DNA from: Bacteroidota bacterium
GTDB taxonomy: Bacteria > Bacteroidota > Ignavibacteria > UBA10030
Reading direction: 5' to 3'
Length of the DNA stretch: 64,000 bases
Assembly: GCA_025454835.1 (NCBI GenBank)
Contig: JALONQ010000011.1
Coordinates: 420-64,419 of the forward strand
The notes beneath the pieces were generated by a model. It ran no database searches, had not been told where the DNA came from, and saw only the letters and a program-made list of their open reading frames with translations. Below, piece after piece: positions 38,206-49,136 of the stretch; the first letter of the stretch is position 1; each line of letters begins with the position of its first letter. A program made the translations under genes and the position numbers.

Positions 38206-38533
38206 TTTTTATTTCTATTCCTGATCGTTCAGGCCGTTGCCCTCCTCTGGGGGGTTGCGGCGTCCCGTGCGCGCCGGTCGCTCTCCGGAGCGGCGTCGCG
38301 CCATTCATTCACCCACCCCCACGTCCGCCACGCCGCCGAATCTGCCGGCCTGGTGGTGTCCGGCCGGCAAGGAAGCCCATCACGACGAATGTCTTCCCGC
38401 TCCTGGCAACTCGCCAGCGCAGGGAGTCTTCCGCGCCGCTCCGGTCAACGATCTACGTTCTCGAAGGCCGTCCATCGGCCGACGGGATCCATCGGGCACG
38501 GTTCATCGTGTCGATCGCGGACGACCCCCACTT

Positions 38534-40138
38534 ATGCGCAAAGAGATCATCATTAGTTCTACCGCCAACGAACACCGCATTGCCATCACCGAAGATGGCC
38601 GTCTCGCGGAGCTGTTCGTCGAATCGCCCGAAAAAGAACGCAACGTCGGCGATGTCTACCTCGGCCGCGTCGCGAAGGTCATGCCCGGCATCCGGGCCGC
38701 CTTCGTTGACATTGGCATGAGCCAGGACGCGTTCTTGCACTTCTCCGATGTCGGGGCGATCGAGGAGTTCAGCTCGATGTTCGACGAGGACGACGAAGAT
38801 GAAGAAGAGGGGACCTCTCAGCCGTCCGCCCCTGAGCAGCCCACCGGCAACGGTACTCCGGCCCCGGCCGAGGCGGCCTCTCGCCAGCGCCGGCGCGACG
38901 AACGCCCAGCGGAGGTGAACCTCCAGAAGGGACAGGAGATCCTCGTCCAGATCTCGAAGGAAGCCCAGGGCAAGAAGGGGGTCCGCGTGCGGTCGGCGAT
39001 CTCGCTTCCCGGCCGGTTCCTTGTTCTGATCCCTTTCGACGGTAAGGTCGGCGTCTCGAAGAAACTGGCGAACTTCAAAGAGAAGCGCCGCTTGCGCAAG
39101 ACGGTCCGGTCGATGCTTCCGAAGGGCTTCGGCGCCATCATCCGAACCGTGGCCGAAGGAAAACCCGACGAGCTCTTGAAGCAGGACCTTGATAGTCTCT
39201 TCCAACAATGGGAGAACATCGAAAAGGGCGTGAAGGGGGCGAAGGCTCCAGTGCTCGTGTACAAGGACATGGACACGACTTCGAGCGTGATCCGCGACCT
39301 GTTTCAAGAGGCGGTCGAACGCATCGTCGTCGATGACAAGCGGCTCTTCAAGGAGGTCAAAGCGTACGTCCAGTCGTCTTCGCCCGACATGGCCGAGCGG
39401 ATCGAGTTGTACCGCGACCGTGAGCCGATCTTCGACCGGTTCGGGATCGAAAAGGAGTTTCAGTCGTTGTTCGGCAAGAAGGTCTGGCTGAAGAGCGGCG
39501 GCTATCTCTACATCGAGAAGACCGAGGCGATGACGGTGGTTGACGTCAACAGCGGCCGGTACGCGGCGAAGCGGGAGCAGGAGCTCAACTCCCTCAGGAC
39601 GGACCTCGAAGCGGCCCGCGAGATCACGCGCCAGCTCCGCCTTCGCGATATCGGCGGGCTAATCGTCATCGACTTCATCGACCTCGAGGACGAAAAGAAC
39701 AAGAAGAAGGTGTACGACGAGATGAAGAAGGAGATGAAGCGGGACCGCGCCAAGATCACGGTCCTGCCGATGACCGAGTTCGGTCTCGTCCAGATCACGC
39801 GACAGCGGATCCGCCAAACCGTCCAGATGAGTTTCAGCGAGGCGTGCCCGACGTGCGCCGGCTCGGGGCTGGTCCAATCCAAGAACACCACGCTCAACCA
39901 GATCGAGCGATGGATCAAGCGGTATTCCACCGACCGGAAGGGCTGGCGTATTGAGTTGCGCGTCAACCCGGCGATCGCCGAGCCGCTCACGCGCGGAATG
40001 TGGAGCCGCATTCGCAAGCTGGAGGTTCAGAACCGTGTGTTGGTCAAGGTCGTCCCCGACCCGAATATCATGTCGGACGACTTCAAGTTCTTCTCGCCCA
40101 AGGTCGGGCGGGAGATCACCCAGGACTATCAATCCTGA
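38534..40138 (+). CDS. Rne/Rng family ribonuclease
   Basis: [61 protein letters not shown]. Confidence 0.95.
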   Translation: MRKEIIISSTANEHRIAITEDGRLAELFVESPEKERNVGDVYLGRVAKVMPGIRAAFVDIGMSQDAFLHFSDVGAIEEFSSMFDEDDEDEEEGTSQPSAPEQPTGNGTPAPAEAASRQRRRDERPAEVNLQKGQEILVQISKEAQGKKGVRVRSAISLPGRFLVLIPFDGKVGVSKKLANFKEKRRLRKTVRSMLPKGFGAIIRTVAEGKPDELLKQDLDSLFQQWENIEKGVKGAKAPVLVYKDMDTTSSVIRDLFQEAVERIVVDDKRLFKEVKAYVQSSSPDMAERIELYRDREPIFDRFGIEKEFQSLFGKKVWLKSGGYLYIEKTEAMTVVDVNSGRYAAKREQELNSLRTDLEAAREITRQLRLRDIGGLIVIDFIDLEDEKNKKKVYDEMKKEMKRDRAKITVLPMTEFGLVQITRQRIRQTVQMSFSEACPTCAGSGLVQSKNTTLNQIERWIKRYSTDRKGWRIELRVNPAIAEPLTRGMWSRIRKLEVQNRVLVKVVPDPNIMSDDFKFFSPKVGREITQDYQS

Positions 40139-40149
40139 CCGGAGCGCGC

Positions 40150-40794
40150 ATGAAGTTCTTTATCGATACGGCGAACATCGCCGAGATCCGCGAAGCGGCC
40201 TCGCTCGGCGTTCTTGACGGCGTCACGACGAATCCCAGCCTTGTGGCGAAGGAAGGCAAGGACTTCCGAGGCTTGCTCGAAGAGATCTGCGCCATCGTCG
40301 ACGGCCCCATCAGTGCCGAGGTGGTCGCGACCGATCTCGACGGCATGCTGAAGGAAGGCCACGACCTCGCGAAGATCCACAAGAACATCGTCATCAAGCT
40401 TCCGTTGATCAAGGAGGGTCTCCGCGCGGCGAAGGTCTTCTCGGAAGAGGGGATCCGCACGAACGTGACCCTGTGCTTCTCGCCGAACCAGGCGCTGATG
40501 GCCGCGAAGGCCGGAGCGACCTACATCAGCCCCTTCATCGGCCGGCTGGACGACATCAGCCAGTCGGGGATGGACCTGATCCAACAGATCGTGACGATCT
40601 ATCGGAACTATGGTTATCCGACGCAGGTGCTCGTGGCGAGTGTCCGCCACCCGATGCACGTGGTCGAGGCGGCGATGATCGGGGCCGATGTTTGCACCAT
40701 CCCCTTTAAGGTGATCGAACAACTCATTCAGCATCCGCTCACGACCATCGGCCTCGAGAAGTTTCTGGCCGACTGGAACAAACGGACCACGTAA
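40150..40794 (+). CDS. Transaldolase, FSA/TalC family
   Basis: [47 protein letters not shown]. Confidence 0.94.
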   Translation: MKFFIDTANIAEIREAASLGVLDGVTTNPSLVAKEGKDFRGLLEEICAIVDGPISAEVVATDLDGMLKEGHDLAKIHKNIVIKLPLIKEGLRAAKVFSEEGIRTNVTLCFSPNQALMAAKAGATYISPFIGRLDDISQSGMDLIQQIVTIYRNYGYPTQVLVASVRHPMHVVEAAMIGADVCTIPFKVIEQLIQHPLTTIGLEKFLADWNKRTT

Positions 40795-40798
40795 GACG

Positions 40799-41893
40799 AT
40801 GAAACAGACGGCCTTCAACGCGATCCACAGGGCCCTCGGGGCCAAAATGGTAGAGTTCGGAGGGTTTGAGATGCCGGTGCAGTACCGAGGCATCATGGAA
40901 GAGCACGCCGCCGTGCGGACCGGGGTGGGCGTCTTCGACGTGTCGCACATGGGAGAATTCGAGGTGCGAGGTCCGGGAGCGCTGTCCTATTTGCAGCGGG
41001 TGACGGTCAACGATGTGTCGAAGCTCTCCGACGGCAAGGTGCAGTATTCGGCCATGCCGAACGACAGGGGGGGCATCGTCGACGATCTGCTGGTGTACCA
41101 CTGCGGCGACCGCTACATGCTGGTGGTCAATGCGGCCAACATCGCCAAGGACTTTGCGTGGCTGAAGAGCCAGCTGCCGGCCGACGCCGAGCTGCGCGAT
41201 ATCAGCGACAGCCTTTCGTTGCTCGCCGTTCAAGGCCCGAAGTCGCGCGAGACGCTGCAGACCTTGACCGACGTTCCCTTGACCGACATTCCGTATTACC
41301 ATTTTCGCAGAGGCACGATCGCCGGTCACGAAGCGGTCATATCGCGTACCGGCTACACGGGCGAACTGGGCTTCGAGTTGTACATCGACTCGAGCGAACA
41401 CACGGGCAAAGAGGTCTGGGACGCCGTGTTCGCGGCGGGGGCCAAGCACGGGATACGGCCGGTCGGGTTGGGCGCGCGCGACACGCTGCGGCTTGAGATG
41501 GGGTTCATGCTGTACGGCAACGACATTGACGATACGACGACGACGCTCCAGGCAGGCCTGGGCTGGATCACGAAGCCGGCGAAGGGAGACTTCATCGCAA
41601 AAGCGGTGGTCGAGCGGGAGAAGGCCAACGGCGTGCCTCGTCGGCTTGTAGGGTTGACTCTGCCCGAGAAGAACATCGCGCGTCACGGCTATCCGATCGT
41701 GGAAGGCGACAAGGAGGTCGGCGTCGTCACGAGCGGGACCTTTTCGCCGACGCTGCAACGGTCCGTCGCCATGGGTTATGTGCCGCCGGCGATGAGCCCG
41801 GTCGGGTCGGTCGTTTCGGTGCTGATCCGGGGCAAGGCTGTTCCCGCGACGGTGGCGGCGCTCCCCTTCGTGAAGGGGACGGCGACGCAGTAG
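40799..41893 (+). CDS. gcvT: Glycine cleavage system aminomethyltransferase T
   Basis: [48 protein letters not shown]. Confidence 0.97.
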   Translation: MKQTAFNAIHRALGAKMVEFGGFEMPVQYRGIMEEHAAVRTGVGVFDVSHMGEFEVRGPGALSYLQRVTVNDVSKLSDGKVQYSAMPNDRGGIVDDLLVYHCGDRYMLVVNAANIAKDFAWLKSQLPADAELRDISDSLSLLAVQGPKSRETLQTLTDVPLTDIPYYHFRRGTIAGHEAVISRTGYTGELGFELYIDSSEHTGKEVWDAVFAAGAKHGIRPVGLGARDTLRLEMGFMLYGNDIDDTTTTLQAGLGWITKPAKGDFIAKAVVEREKANGVPRRLVGLTLPEKNIARHGYPIVEGDKEVGVVTSGTFSPTLQRSVAMGYVPPAMSPVGSVVSVLIRGKAVPATVAALPFVKGTATQ

Positions 41894-42061
41894 CGCGCGT
41901 TCATGCGGCGATGAATGGCGTCGTGTCCGCCCCGGACGCAGAGGACGCCCGGAACGACAGGGACCGTGGGGCGTCGACGCGTGACCGCTCGCGAGTGTGC
42001 GATGGACTGGCGAGTGGTGCCATCGATCTCGTTGTCGGTTGGTTGGACCTTGGGAGAAGGC

Positions 42062-42847
42062 ATGAGAATCGAAGTGAGCTTCAACGCGGCCCAGCTCGAT
42101 GAGCTGCAGCTCCGCGACAAGAATGTGGTGGTCATCGACGTTCTTCGGGCAAGCACGACCGTCGCCGTGGCGCTTGCAAACGGCGCCCGCGAGATCATAC
42201 CGGTGGCGACGATCGAGTCGGCGGTGAAGATCTCAGGCAGCCTGTTCGGCGAAGTGACGCTGCGCGGCGGCGAACGAAATGGAAGAATGATCGAGGGATT
42301 CAACCTCGGCAATTCGCCGGCGGAGTACACCGATGCGACGGTCCGAGGCAAGTCGATCATCTTCTGCACCACGAATGGGTCCGTAGCGATGGCGAAGAGC
42401 CGCTATGCCCGCCGCCTGTTCGTCGGCTCGTTCGTCAACCTCTCGGCGATCGTCGATGCGATGCTCGAGGACGGCGAGGACTACGTGCTGCTCTGTGCCG
42501 GGAAGCCGAGCGGGTTGCGTTCTTTCAGCATCGAAGACGCCGTCTGCGCCGGCATGATGATCCAGAAGCTCATCCAGGCCAAGAAGTTTCCCCTGGACCT
42601 GCCGGACGCGTCGCGCGCGGCAGCGACCCTCTACAAGGGGCTCGGACGCTCTCTCTTGAAGCTGCTGAAGCTCAGCGATCACGGCCAGTACTTGGCCGAG
42701 ATCGGTTTTGCCGCCGACCTGAAGTTGTGTGCAGCCGTCGATTCGGTGCCGGTCGTGCCGGTGCAGCAAGGGACGGTCATCAAGCTTCGAAAGCCGGAGG
42801 AGCGGCCGGTCGCCGAGCCAGACCCCGTCCGAACGGAACCTGCTTGA
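42062..42847 (+). CDS. 2-phosphosulfolactate phosphatase (ComB) family
   Basis: VVIDVLRASTT, GGERNG, GFNLGNSP, TTNGS, EDAVCAG. Confidence 0.9.
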   Translation: MRIEVSFNAAQLDELQLRDKNVVVIDVLRASTTVAVALANGAREIIPVATIESAVKISGSLFGEVTLRGGERNGRMIEGFNLGNSPAEYTDATVRGKSIIFCTTNGSVAMAKSRYARRLFVGSFVNLSAIVDAMLEDGEDYVLLCAGKPSGLRSFSIEDAVCAGMMIQKLIQAKKFPLDLPDASRAAATLYKGLGRSLLKLLKLSDHGQYLAEIGFAADLKLCAAVDSVPVVPVQQGTVIKLRKPEERPVAEPDPVRTEPA

Positions 42848-42849
42848 AC

Positions 42850-45291
42850 ATGGACGAGCTCCGCAACGAACCGCCCGTCTCTGCGAGTCGTCCGGCCCGG
42901 TCAAAGCCGCATCCGCCGCAGCCCAAGCACCGACGTCAACTCTTCGGGTTTGCGGGCATGGTCCTGTCGATCATGCTGCTCCTGAGCCTCGTGTCGTATT
43001 CGTCGGCCGACCAAGCGAGCGGCGAACTGGCGTTCTGGGACCTGTGGAAGGTCTTCACGAACGACGAAGCGGTCGCGGCCAAGGCGCAGTCGACGCAGAA
43101 CTGGCTCGGCCTGCTGGGCGCCATGCTGGCGAACTGGTGGATCAACTCCACGATCGGCTACGCCGTGCTCGTCGTGCCCCTCTTGCTCTTCGCCTGGTCG
43201 CTGCATGTCGTCCTCCCGCGGAACACGCGCCGGCTCATCGCCGTCACCTCGTACACCCTCAGCCTGGCGGTCCTGTTCGCCGCGTTTGCGGGTACGGTGA
43301 AGTACCTGGACGATACGCTCCCGCTCGAGTGGAGCGGCGTGGTCGGTCACTTCGTGTCGCATATCGCCATCCAAGTGGTCGGGCTCGTTGGTACCTTCGT
43401 CGTGCTTGCTGCCGTAACGATCACCGTCCTCGTCCTCATGCTGGATCTGGACCTCCCGCTCCTCTTCCGCCGTTTGCAGGTGGCGCTCGCAAAAGGCGGC
43501 GATACGATCAGCGTGCAATGGGACGTGTTGCAGGCGAAACGATCAGCGGCAGCAGAAAGACCGGTCGAGATCAAACGACCGGACGCGGAAGCGTCGCCTT
43601 CCCGGCCCGCCCCGCTGGGCCCCGCTGATCGCCCACGGCCGGCCTCGCCGCCCGTGGCTGCTCCCGTCGTCACGCCCGCTCCCACACCGGTTCGGCAAGC
43701 GCCCGTCGGGTCGGCCGAAGAGCTGCGACTCGACATCCAGGACCGTGTTCAGGAAGAAGAAGTGAACCTGGACGAGGAGGAACGTGAGGTTGGGGCGGAG
43801 GAAGAGATCGACTACGTCTTCCCGTCGGTGGAGCTGCTCGACAGCCACCGCGCCAGCGAGGACGTGGACGAGCAGGAATTGAAAGCGAACGCCGAACTGC
43901 TTCGGGCCAAGCTGGCGGATTTCGGTGTCGAGATCGAGAGCGTGTCGGTCACGCCAGGGCCTGTCGTGACCTTGTACGAGCTCGTGCCGGCCACCGGCGT
44001 CAAGATCAGCCGTATCGAGAGTCTCCAGGACGATATCGCGTTGGCCCTCAAGGCCCGAGGGATCCGCATTATCGCGCCCATCCCCGGCAAGGGGACGGTC
44101 GGCGTCGAGATCCCGAACCATCATCCGGCTCTCGTCACGATCCGCAGCGTTCTGAACTCGGCCAAGTATCGCGATGCGAAGGCGGCGCTGCCCGTGGCGC
44201 TCGGGAAGACCATCTCGGGCGAGGTGTACGTCGACGACCTCGCGAAGATGCCGCACCTTCTGATCGCCGGCTCGACTGGATCGGGAAAGAGCGTTGGCAT
44301 CAACACGATCATGGCCAGCCTGCTCTACCGGCTGCATCCGAGCGACCTGAAGTTCGCCATCATCGACCCGAAGAAGATCGAGCTGACCCTCTACACCAAG
44401 CTCCGCAAGCACTTCCTGCAGGTCTCGCCCGACATCGACGAAGAGATCGTCACGCAGCCGCAGAACGCCGTGCTGCTGCTTAAAGGGCTCGAGCTCGAGA
44501 TGGAAGGGCGGTACGATCGTCTCGCGGCGGCGGGCGTCCGGAACATCGCCGACTACAACGAGCGCTTCAAGCAGGGGCGGTTCCACGACACAGAGACGAT
44601 CAAGCACAGAAAGCTCCCGTACATCGTCGTGATCGTGGATGAGCTCGCGGACCTGATGCTCACGGCGGCGCGCGACGTCGAAGAACCGATCGCCCGATTG
44701 GCACAGCTGGCGCGTGCCGTGGGGATCCATCTCGTTCTGGCGACGCAACGGCCGTCGGTGGATGTCATCACGGGCGTCATCAAAGCCAACTTCCCGGCGC
44801 GCCTCGCGTATCAGGTGGCCTCGAAGATCGACTCGCGCACCATCCTCGACATGAACGGAGCCGACCAGTTGCTCGGCAACGGCGATCTGCTCTATCTGCC
44901 GCCGGGCGGGTCGAAACCCATCCGGATGCAGAACGCGTACATCTCGACGGACGAGGTGGAGCGTCTGACGAACCACATCGGCAAGCAACGGGGCTTCAGC
45001 GCTCCCGCGACCCTCCCGTCGGCGCTGGAACGAAAGCGGGCGGGAAGCGGCGGCAGCAGCGGAGACCGGGACGAACTCTTCGAAGAGGCCGCGCGGATCA
45101 TCGTTCGCCACCAACAAGGGTCGGTGTCGCTGCTGCAGCGCCGGCTGAAGGTCGGCTACTCGCGCGCGGCGCGGCTCGTCGACGAATTGGAGACGGCCGG
45201 CATCGTTGGGCCGTTCGACGGCAGCAAAGCCCGTCAAGTGATGGTGGAATCGGAAGCGGACCTCGAAGCGATCCTCAACAACCTCCCATGA
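42850..45291 (+). CDS. ftsK: DNA translocase FtsK
   Basis: N-terminal TMs (NWLGLLGA), GPVVTLYE, HLLIAGSTGSGKS, DELADLM, ATQRPS, gamma domain LLQRRLKVGYSRA. Confidence 0.97.
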   Translation: MDELRNEPPVSASRPARSKPHPPQPKHRRQLFGFAGMVLSIMLLLSLVSYSSADQASGELAFWDLWKVFTNDEAVAAKAQSTQNWLGLLGAMLANWWINSTIGYAVLVVPLLLFAWSLHVVLPRNTRRLIAVTSYTLSLAVLFAAFAGTVKYLDDTLPLEWSGVVGHFVSHIAIQVVGLVGTFVVLAAVTITVLVLMLDLDLPLLFRRLQVALAKGGDTISVQWDVLQAKRSAAAERPVEIKRPDAEASPSRPAPLGPADRPRPASPPVAAPVVTPAPTPVRQAPVGSAEELRLDIQDRVQEEEVNLDEEEREVGAEEEIDYVFPSVELLDSHRASEDVDEQELKANAELLRAKLADFGVEIESVSVTPGPVVTLYELVPATGVKISRIESLQDDIALALKARGIRIIAPIPGKGTVGVEIPNHHPALVTIRSVLNSAKYRDAKAALPVALGKTISGEVYVDDLAKMPHLLIAGSTGSGKSVGINTIMASLLYRLHPSDLKFAIIDPKKIELTLYTKLRKHFLQVSPDIDEEIVTQPQNAVLLLKGLELEMEGRYDRLAAAGVRNIADYNERFKQGRFHDTETIKHRKLPYIVVIVDELADLMLTAARDVEEPIARLAQLARAVGIHLVLATQRPSVDVITGVIKANFPARLAYQVASKIDSRTILDMNGADQLLGNGDLLYLPPGGSKPIRMQNAYISTDEVERLTNHIGKQRGFSAPATLPSALERKRAGSGGSSGDRDELFEEAARIIVRHQQGSVSLLQRRLKVGYSRAARLVDELETAGIVGPFDGSKARQVMVESEADLEAILNNLP

Positions 45292-45926
45292 CCATGATCC
45301 GAAGCTTCGTCGCGCTGGCCTGTGTGGCCGCGACCGCGGCGGCCCAGCCGCTGCCGTCCGTCAAAGAGATCACGGAACGGATGCAGCGCCGGTACGAGAT
45401 GGTGGATGACGCGCGCGCCGAATTCACCCAGACGATCAAGCTCGGCTACGCGAACGTTGAGCAATCGTTCGAGGGTTCGCTCGCTTTCAAGAAGCCGAAC
45501 CGCTACCGGCTGGAATCGGAGCATCAGACGGTCGTCACCGACGGAGTCACCGTGTGGGCGTATGCGCCGGCGAACCGGCAGGTGATCGTCGACCGATACA
45601 AGGAACAGCGCAATTCCGTCTCGCCCGAGGAGTTCCTCCTGAGCCTTCCGACGAGCTACTACGCGACGGTGGTTGGCCGCGAAGCGCTGGACGGCGGGTC
45701 CGCAGCGGTGTTGAAACTCCTTCCGAAGGATGACCGGTCCTTCATTCGCAGCGTTCGGCTTTGGGTGCTGGAAACCTCCTCCGAAGTTCGGAGGATTCAG
45801 ATCATGGACCAAAATGAGACGGAGACCTTGTATCGTATCTCGTCGATCCGTCTGAATACGAACGTGTCCGACGCGACCTTTCAGTTCTCGGCCCCGTCCG
45901 GCACGGAGGTTGTGGACCTTCGCTGA
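45288..45926 (+). CDS. lolA: Outer-membrane lipoprotein carrier LolA
   Basis: AEFTQ, FKKPNRYR, VTDGVTVWAY, FQFSAPSGTEVVDLR; follows ftsK. Confidence 0.88.
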   Translation: MTMIRSFVALACVAATAAAQPLPSVKEITERMQRRYEMVDDARAEFTQTIKLGYANVEQSFEGSLAFKKPNRYRLESEHQTVVTDGVTVWAYAPANRQVIVDRYKEQRNSVSPEEFLLSLPTSYYATVVGREALDGGSAAVLKLLPKDDRSFIRSVRLWVLETSSEVRRIQIMDQNETETLYRISSIRLNTNVSDATFQFSAPSGTEVVDLR

Positions 45927-45938
45927 TCGACCGTCACC

Positions 45939-46964
45939 GTGAACGCCCGAGCCATCGTCCGCAATCTCGCCAGCTTTGCCCTGGCCGGTGTCTTTCTCTA
46001 CCTGGCCTTCCGCGACACCGACTTTGCCTCGCTTTGGTCGACCATGTTGCAGGCCGACCTGGGCTGGGTCCTGTCGCTCGTTCCCATCGTCGTGCTCAGC
46101 CATTGGATACGGGCCGTTCGATGGCGGTATCTCCTGATGCCTTTCAAGGAACGACCGTCCTACCGGAACATGTTCTCGGCCGTCATGCTGGGCTACGCCG
46201 TGAACAACATCCTCCCGCGGGTGGGAGAGGTGGTTCGCGGCGTCGTCATCGGCAAGCTGGAGCAGATCTCGCGCAGCTCGGCCTTTGGGACGGTCGTCAT
46301 TGAACGGATACTGGACTTCCTGACCTTCTCTTTCCTCGTCGGCGCGACGGTTTCGATCTATCCTTCGGCGATCGATCCATTCGTCGATGATCCTGCGGCG
46401 TGGCGTCCGATCTTCCTGGCGGCTTCGATTGGCGCCGTCGTCGTCTTTTTCTTCCTCTTCATCAAGCTCGAAGCGCTCGTGACGTTCGTGTCGCGCTATC
46501 GTCATCGTTTTCCGATGGGTGCTGGCGAGCGCATCGGACGTATCCTGGACTCGTTCGTATCGGGGTTAAGCGTGGCCCACCTCAGACGCACCTGGCCGAT
46601 GGTGCTCGGTTGGAGCCTGGCGATGTGGTTCTTCTACGCGTTGGGTCTGTACGTGCCGTTCTTCATGTTCGATTCCATCGCGGCGCTCAACCTCGGCTTC
46701 GGGGAGGCGGTCGTCCTCCTCGTGATCTCGTCGGTGGCATGGGCGTTGCCGGCCCCCGGTGCGATGGGGACATACCACTCGTTCCTGACGATCGCGATGG
46801 TCAAACTTTATGGCGCCGATCCCACCGCGGCGCTCGGGCTCTCGGTCATCACGCATGAGGTGGGCTACGTGCTCGTCATGGCCATCGGCGCCTACTACTA
46901 CGTGGCCGACCATGGCCGCGTCGGCTCGATGACCTCCAACGAATCCTCCTCTTCAGGCTCATGA
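45939..46964 (+). CDS. Lysylphosphatidylglycerol-synthase TM / flippase-like protein (UPF0104)
   Basis: IRAVRWRYLL, GYAVNNILPRVGEVVR, GTVVIERILD, PAPGAMGTYH. Confidence 0.85.
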   Translation: MNARAIVRNLASFALAGVFLYLAFRDTDFASLWSTMLQADLGWVLSLVPIVVLSHWIRAVRWRYLLMPFKERPSYRNMFSAVMLGYAVNNILPRVGEVVRGVVIGKLEQISRSSAFGTVVIERILDFLTFSFLVGATVSIYPSAIDPFVDDPAAWRPIFLAASIGAVVVFFFLFIKLEALVTFVSRYRHRFPMGAGERIGRILDSFVSGLSVAHLRRTWPMVLGWSLAMWFFYALGLYVPFFMFDSIAALNLGFGEAVVLLVISSVAWALPAPGAMGTYHSFLTIAMVKLYGADPTAALGLSVITHEVGYVLVMAIGAYYYVADHGRVGSMTSNESSSSGS

Positions 46965-49132
46965 AACAGGTCGCTCAGTACGTCAAGTCGGGCTCGGTGG
47001 TCGTGCTGGATGTGCCGCCGCCATCCGTCGCCTCGGGCCAGGTGCTCGTCCGCGTGCACGCGTCCGTCATCAGTATCGGCACGGAACGATCGTCGGTCAC
47101 GGAACGGTCGCAATCGCTGCTCACGAAGGCGCGCAAGAACCCCGAACTGGTGGCAAGGGTCCTCGAGCAGGTCCGCCAACAAGGCCTCGGCGCCACGGTC
47201 CGGCGCGTGCGCGGCCGGCTTGAATCGTGGACACCGCTCGGCTACTCGGCCGCGGGTGTGGTGGAGGAGGTGGGGCGGGCCGTGACCGGGTTGGCTCCCG
47301 GCGACCGTGTCGCGTGCGCCGGCGCGGGTTACGCGAGTCACGCCGAATGGATCGCCGTTCCGAAGAACCTGTGTGTACGCATGCCCGACGACGTCTCGTT
47401 CGAGGATGCGGCGTACACGACGATCGGCGCGATCGCGCTGCAGGGCGTCAGGCAGACGCAGCCGAACCTGGGTGATGTCGTGGCCGTCATCGGCCTCGGG
47501 CTCGTCGGCTTGCTCACGGTGCAATTGCTGAAGGCGAACGGATGTGTCGTCATCGGGATCGATCCCGATCCCGAGGCCGTACGTCGGGCCAAGCAACTCG
47601 GCGCTGATGCCGCTCTCGTTCGGCAGGACGATGTCAAGCGCCTGGTCGGCGCGCGCAGCGGCCATCTGGGGGCCGATGCCGTGCTGATCACCGCGGCAAC
47701 GAAGAGCGATGATCCGGTGCGTTTGGCCGGCGAGATCGCCAGGGACCGCGCACGCGTCGTGCTGGTCGGCGACGTGGGATTACAGCTCCCCCGCGGACCG
47801 TACTACATGAAAGAACTCGATTTTCGGTTGTCGCGCTCGTACGGTCCGGGTCGCTACGACCCTTCGTACGAAGAAGAAGGCAGAGACTATCCGGCGGGGT
47901 ACGTGCGTTGGACCGAACGTCGCAACATGGAGGAGTTCCTCCGTTTGGTCCGGTCGGCCGCCGTGACCCCCGCGTCGCTGACGACGCATCGGCACTCCAT
48001 TGATGATGCCGCAGGCGCGTATGCGCTCCTCTCCGGCGGGTCGAAGGAGAGATCGGTCCGCCCGTTCGGAGTTGTGCTGGAGTATCCGGATTCGGCCGTT
48101 CCGGCGAAACGTCCAAAGGCGGCTCGCAAGGCCGCGGCGGCGGCATCCGATGCTCTTGCCATCGGGTTCATCGGCGCCGGGAGCTTCGCGCAGTCGATGC
48201 TGCTGCCACCCCTGCAGCAGCAGAAGGGTGTGCGACTCCTCGGCGTGTGCAATGCCACGGGGATGAGCACCAAGAACGTGGCGAGCCAATTCGGCATTCG
48301 CTCGGCCTTCGCCAGCGTGGCGGAGCTTCTTCAGGAGCCGGAGATCGGCACCGTCGTCATCGCGTCGCGCCACGGCGCGCACGGTGCCCAGGTGCTCGCA
48401 GCCTTGAAGGCCGGGAAGCATGTGTTCGTCGAGAAACCGCTCGCGATGCTGCCGGAAGAGTTGGACGAGATCGAAAGATTCTACCGATCTCTCCCTGAAC
48501 GACGGCGCCCGATGCTGATGGTGGGGTTCAACCGACGCTTCGCACCCTCGATCGGCGACATTCGCGAGTTCTTCGCCGACGTGACATCGCCGTTGACGGT
48601 ATTGTACCGCGTGAACGCGGGACAGGTGCCGTTGACGCATTGGACGCGGAGCCCACACGATGGCGGAGGACGCATCGTCGGAGAAGTATGCCACTTCGTC
48701 GACCTTGCAGGCTCCCTTGTCGGCTCGGATCCGGTCCGCGTGCATGCCGAGGCGGTCGGGGCCGATCGCAGCACGAGCGAGGATGATTCCCTGGTAGCGA
48801 CGCTCCGGTTCAGCAACGGCTCGACGGCATCGATCGCCTATTTGGCGACAGGGGATGCCTCGATCCCGAAGGAACATCTCTTCATTTCCGGCGGCGGCCG
48901 CACGGCCATCGTCGACAATTTCCAAGCGGTCTCGTTGGCCTCGGGTGGCGCCATAAGGGAGAAGAAGCGGGCGACCGTCGACAAAGGCCACCGCGCCGAG
49001 ATCGCAGCGTTCGCGGAGGCGCTTCGGATCGGCGGTCCGGCGCCCATTCCGTTTGACACGCTTGTTCGGTCGACCCGCGCGACCTTCCTCATCGAGGAAT
49101 CGATCCGCCGCGGCGTGTCGGTCGACCTCTGA
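46961..49132 (+). CDS. Bi-domain oxidoreductase (MDR/Zn-ADH-like + Gfo/Idh/MocA)
   Basis: SIGTE, PLGYS, GLGLVG, SYGPGRYD, IGFIGAG, HVFVEKP, VGFNRRFAP, GEVCHFVD. Confidence 0.88.
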   Translation: MKQVAQYVKSGSVVVLDVPPPSVASGQVLVRVHASVISIGTERSSVTERSQSLLTKARKNPELVARVLEQVRQQGLGATVRRVRGRLESWTPLGYSAAGVVEEVGRAVTGLAPGDRVACAGAGYASHAEWIAVPKNLCVRMPDDVSFEDAAYTTIGAIALQGVRQTQPNLGDVVAVIGLGLVGLLTVQLLKANGCVVIGIDPDPEAVRRAKQLGADAALVRQDDVKRLVGARSGHLGADAVLITAATKSDDPVRLAGEIARDRARVVLVGDVGLQLPRGPYYMKELDFRLSRSYGPGRYDPSYEEEGRDYPAGYVRWTERRNMEEFLRLVRSAAVTPASLTTHRHSIDDAAGAYALLSGGSKERSVRPFGVVLEYPDSAVPAKRPKAARKAAAAASDALAIGFIGAGSFAQSMLLPPLQQQKGVRLLGVCNATGMSTKNVASQFGIRSAFASVAELLQEPEIGTVVIASRHGAHGAQVLAALKAGKHVFVEKPLAMLPEELDEIERFYRSLPERRRPMLMVGFNRRFAPSIGDIREFFADVTSPLTVLYRVNAGQVPLTHWTRSPHDGGGRIVGEVCHFVDLAGSLVGSDPVRVHAEAVGADRSTSEDDSLVATLRFSNGSTASIAYLATGDASIPKEHLFISGGGRTAIVDNFQAVSLASGGAIREKKRATVDKGHRAEIAAFAEALRIGGPAPIPFDTLVRSTRATFLIEESIRRGVSVDL

Positions 49133-49136
49133 GCCC

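Noticed and set aside
40780-40800. Glycine riboswitch before gcvT
   Set aside because: Only 4 bp separate the transaldolase gene from gcvT.
42062-42847. Coenzyme M biosynthesis
   Set aside because: ComB-family phosphatases are widespread, and no comA/C/D/E genes are present.
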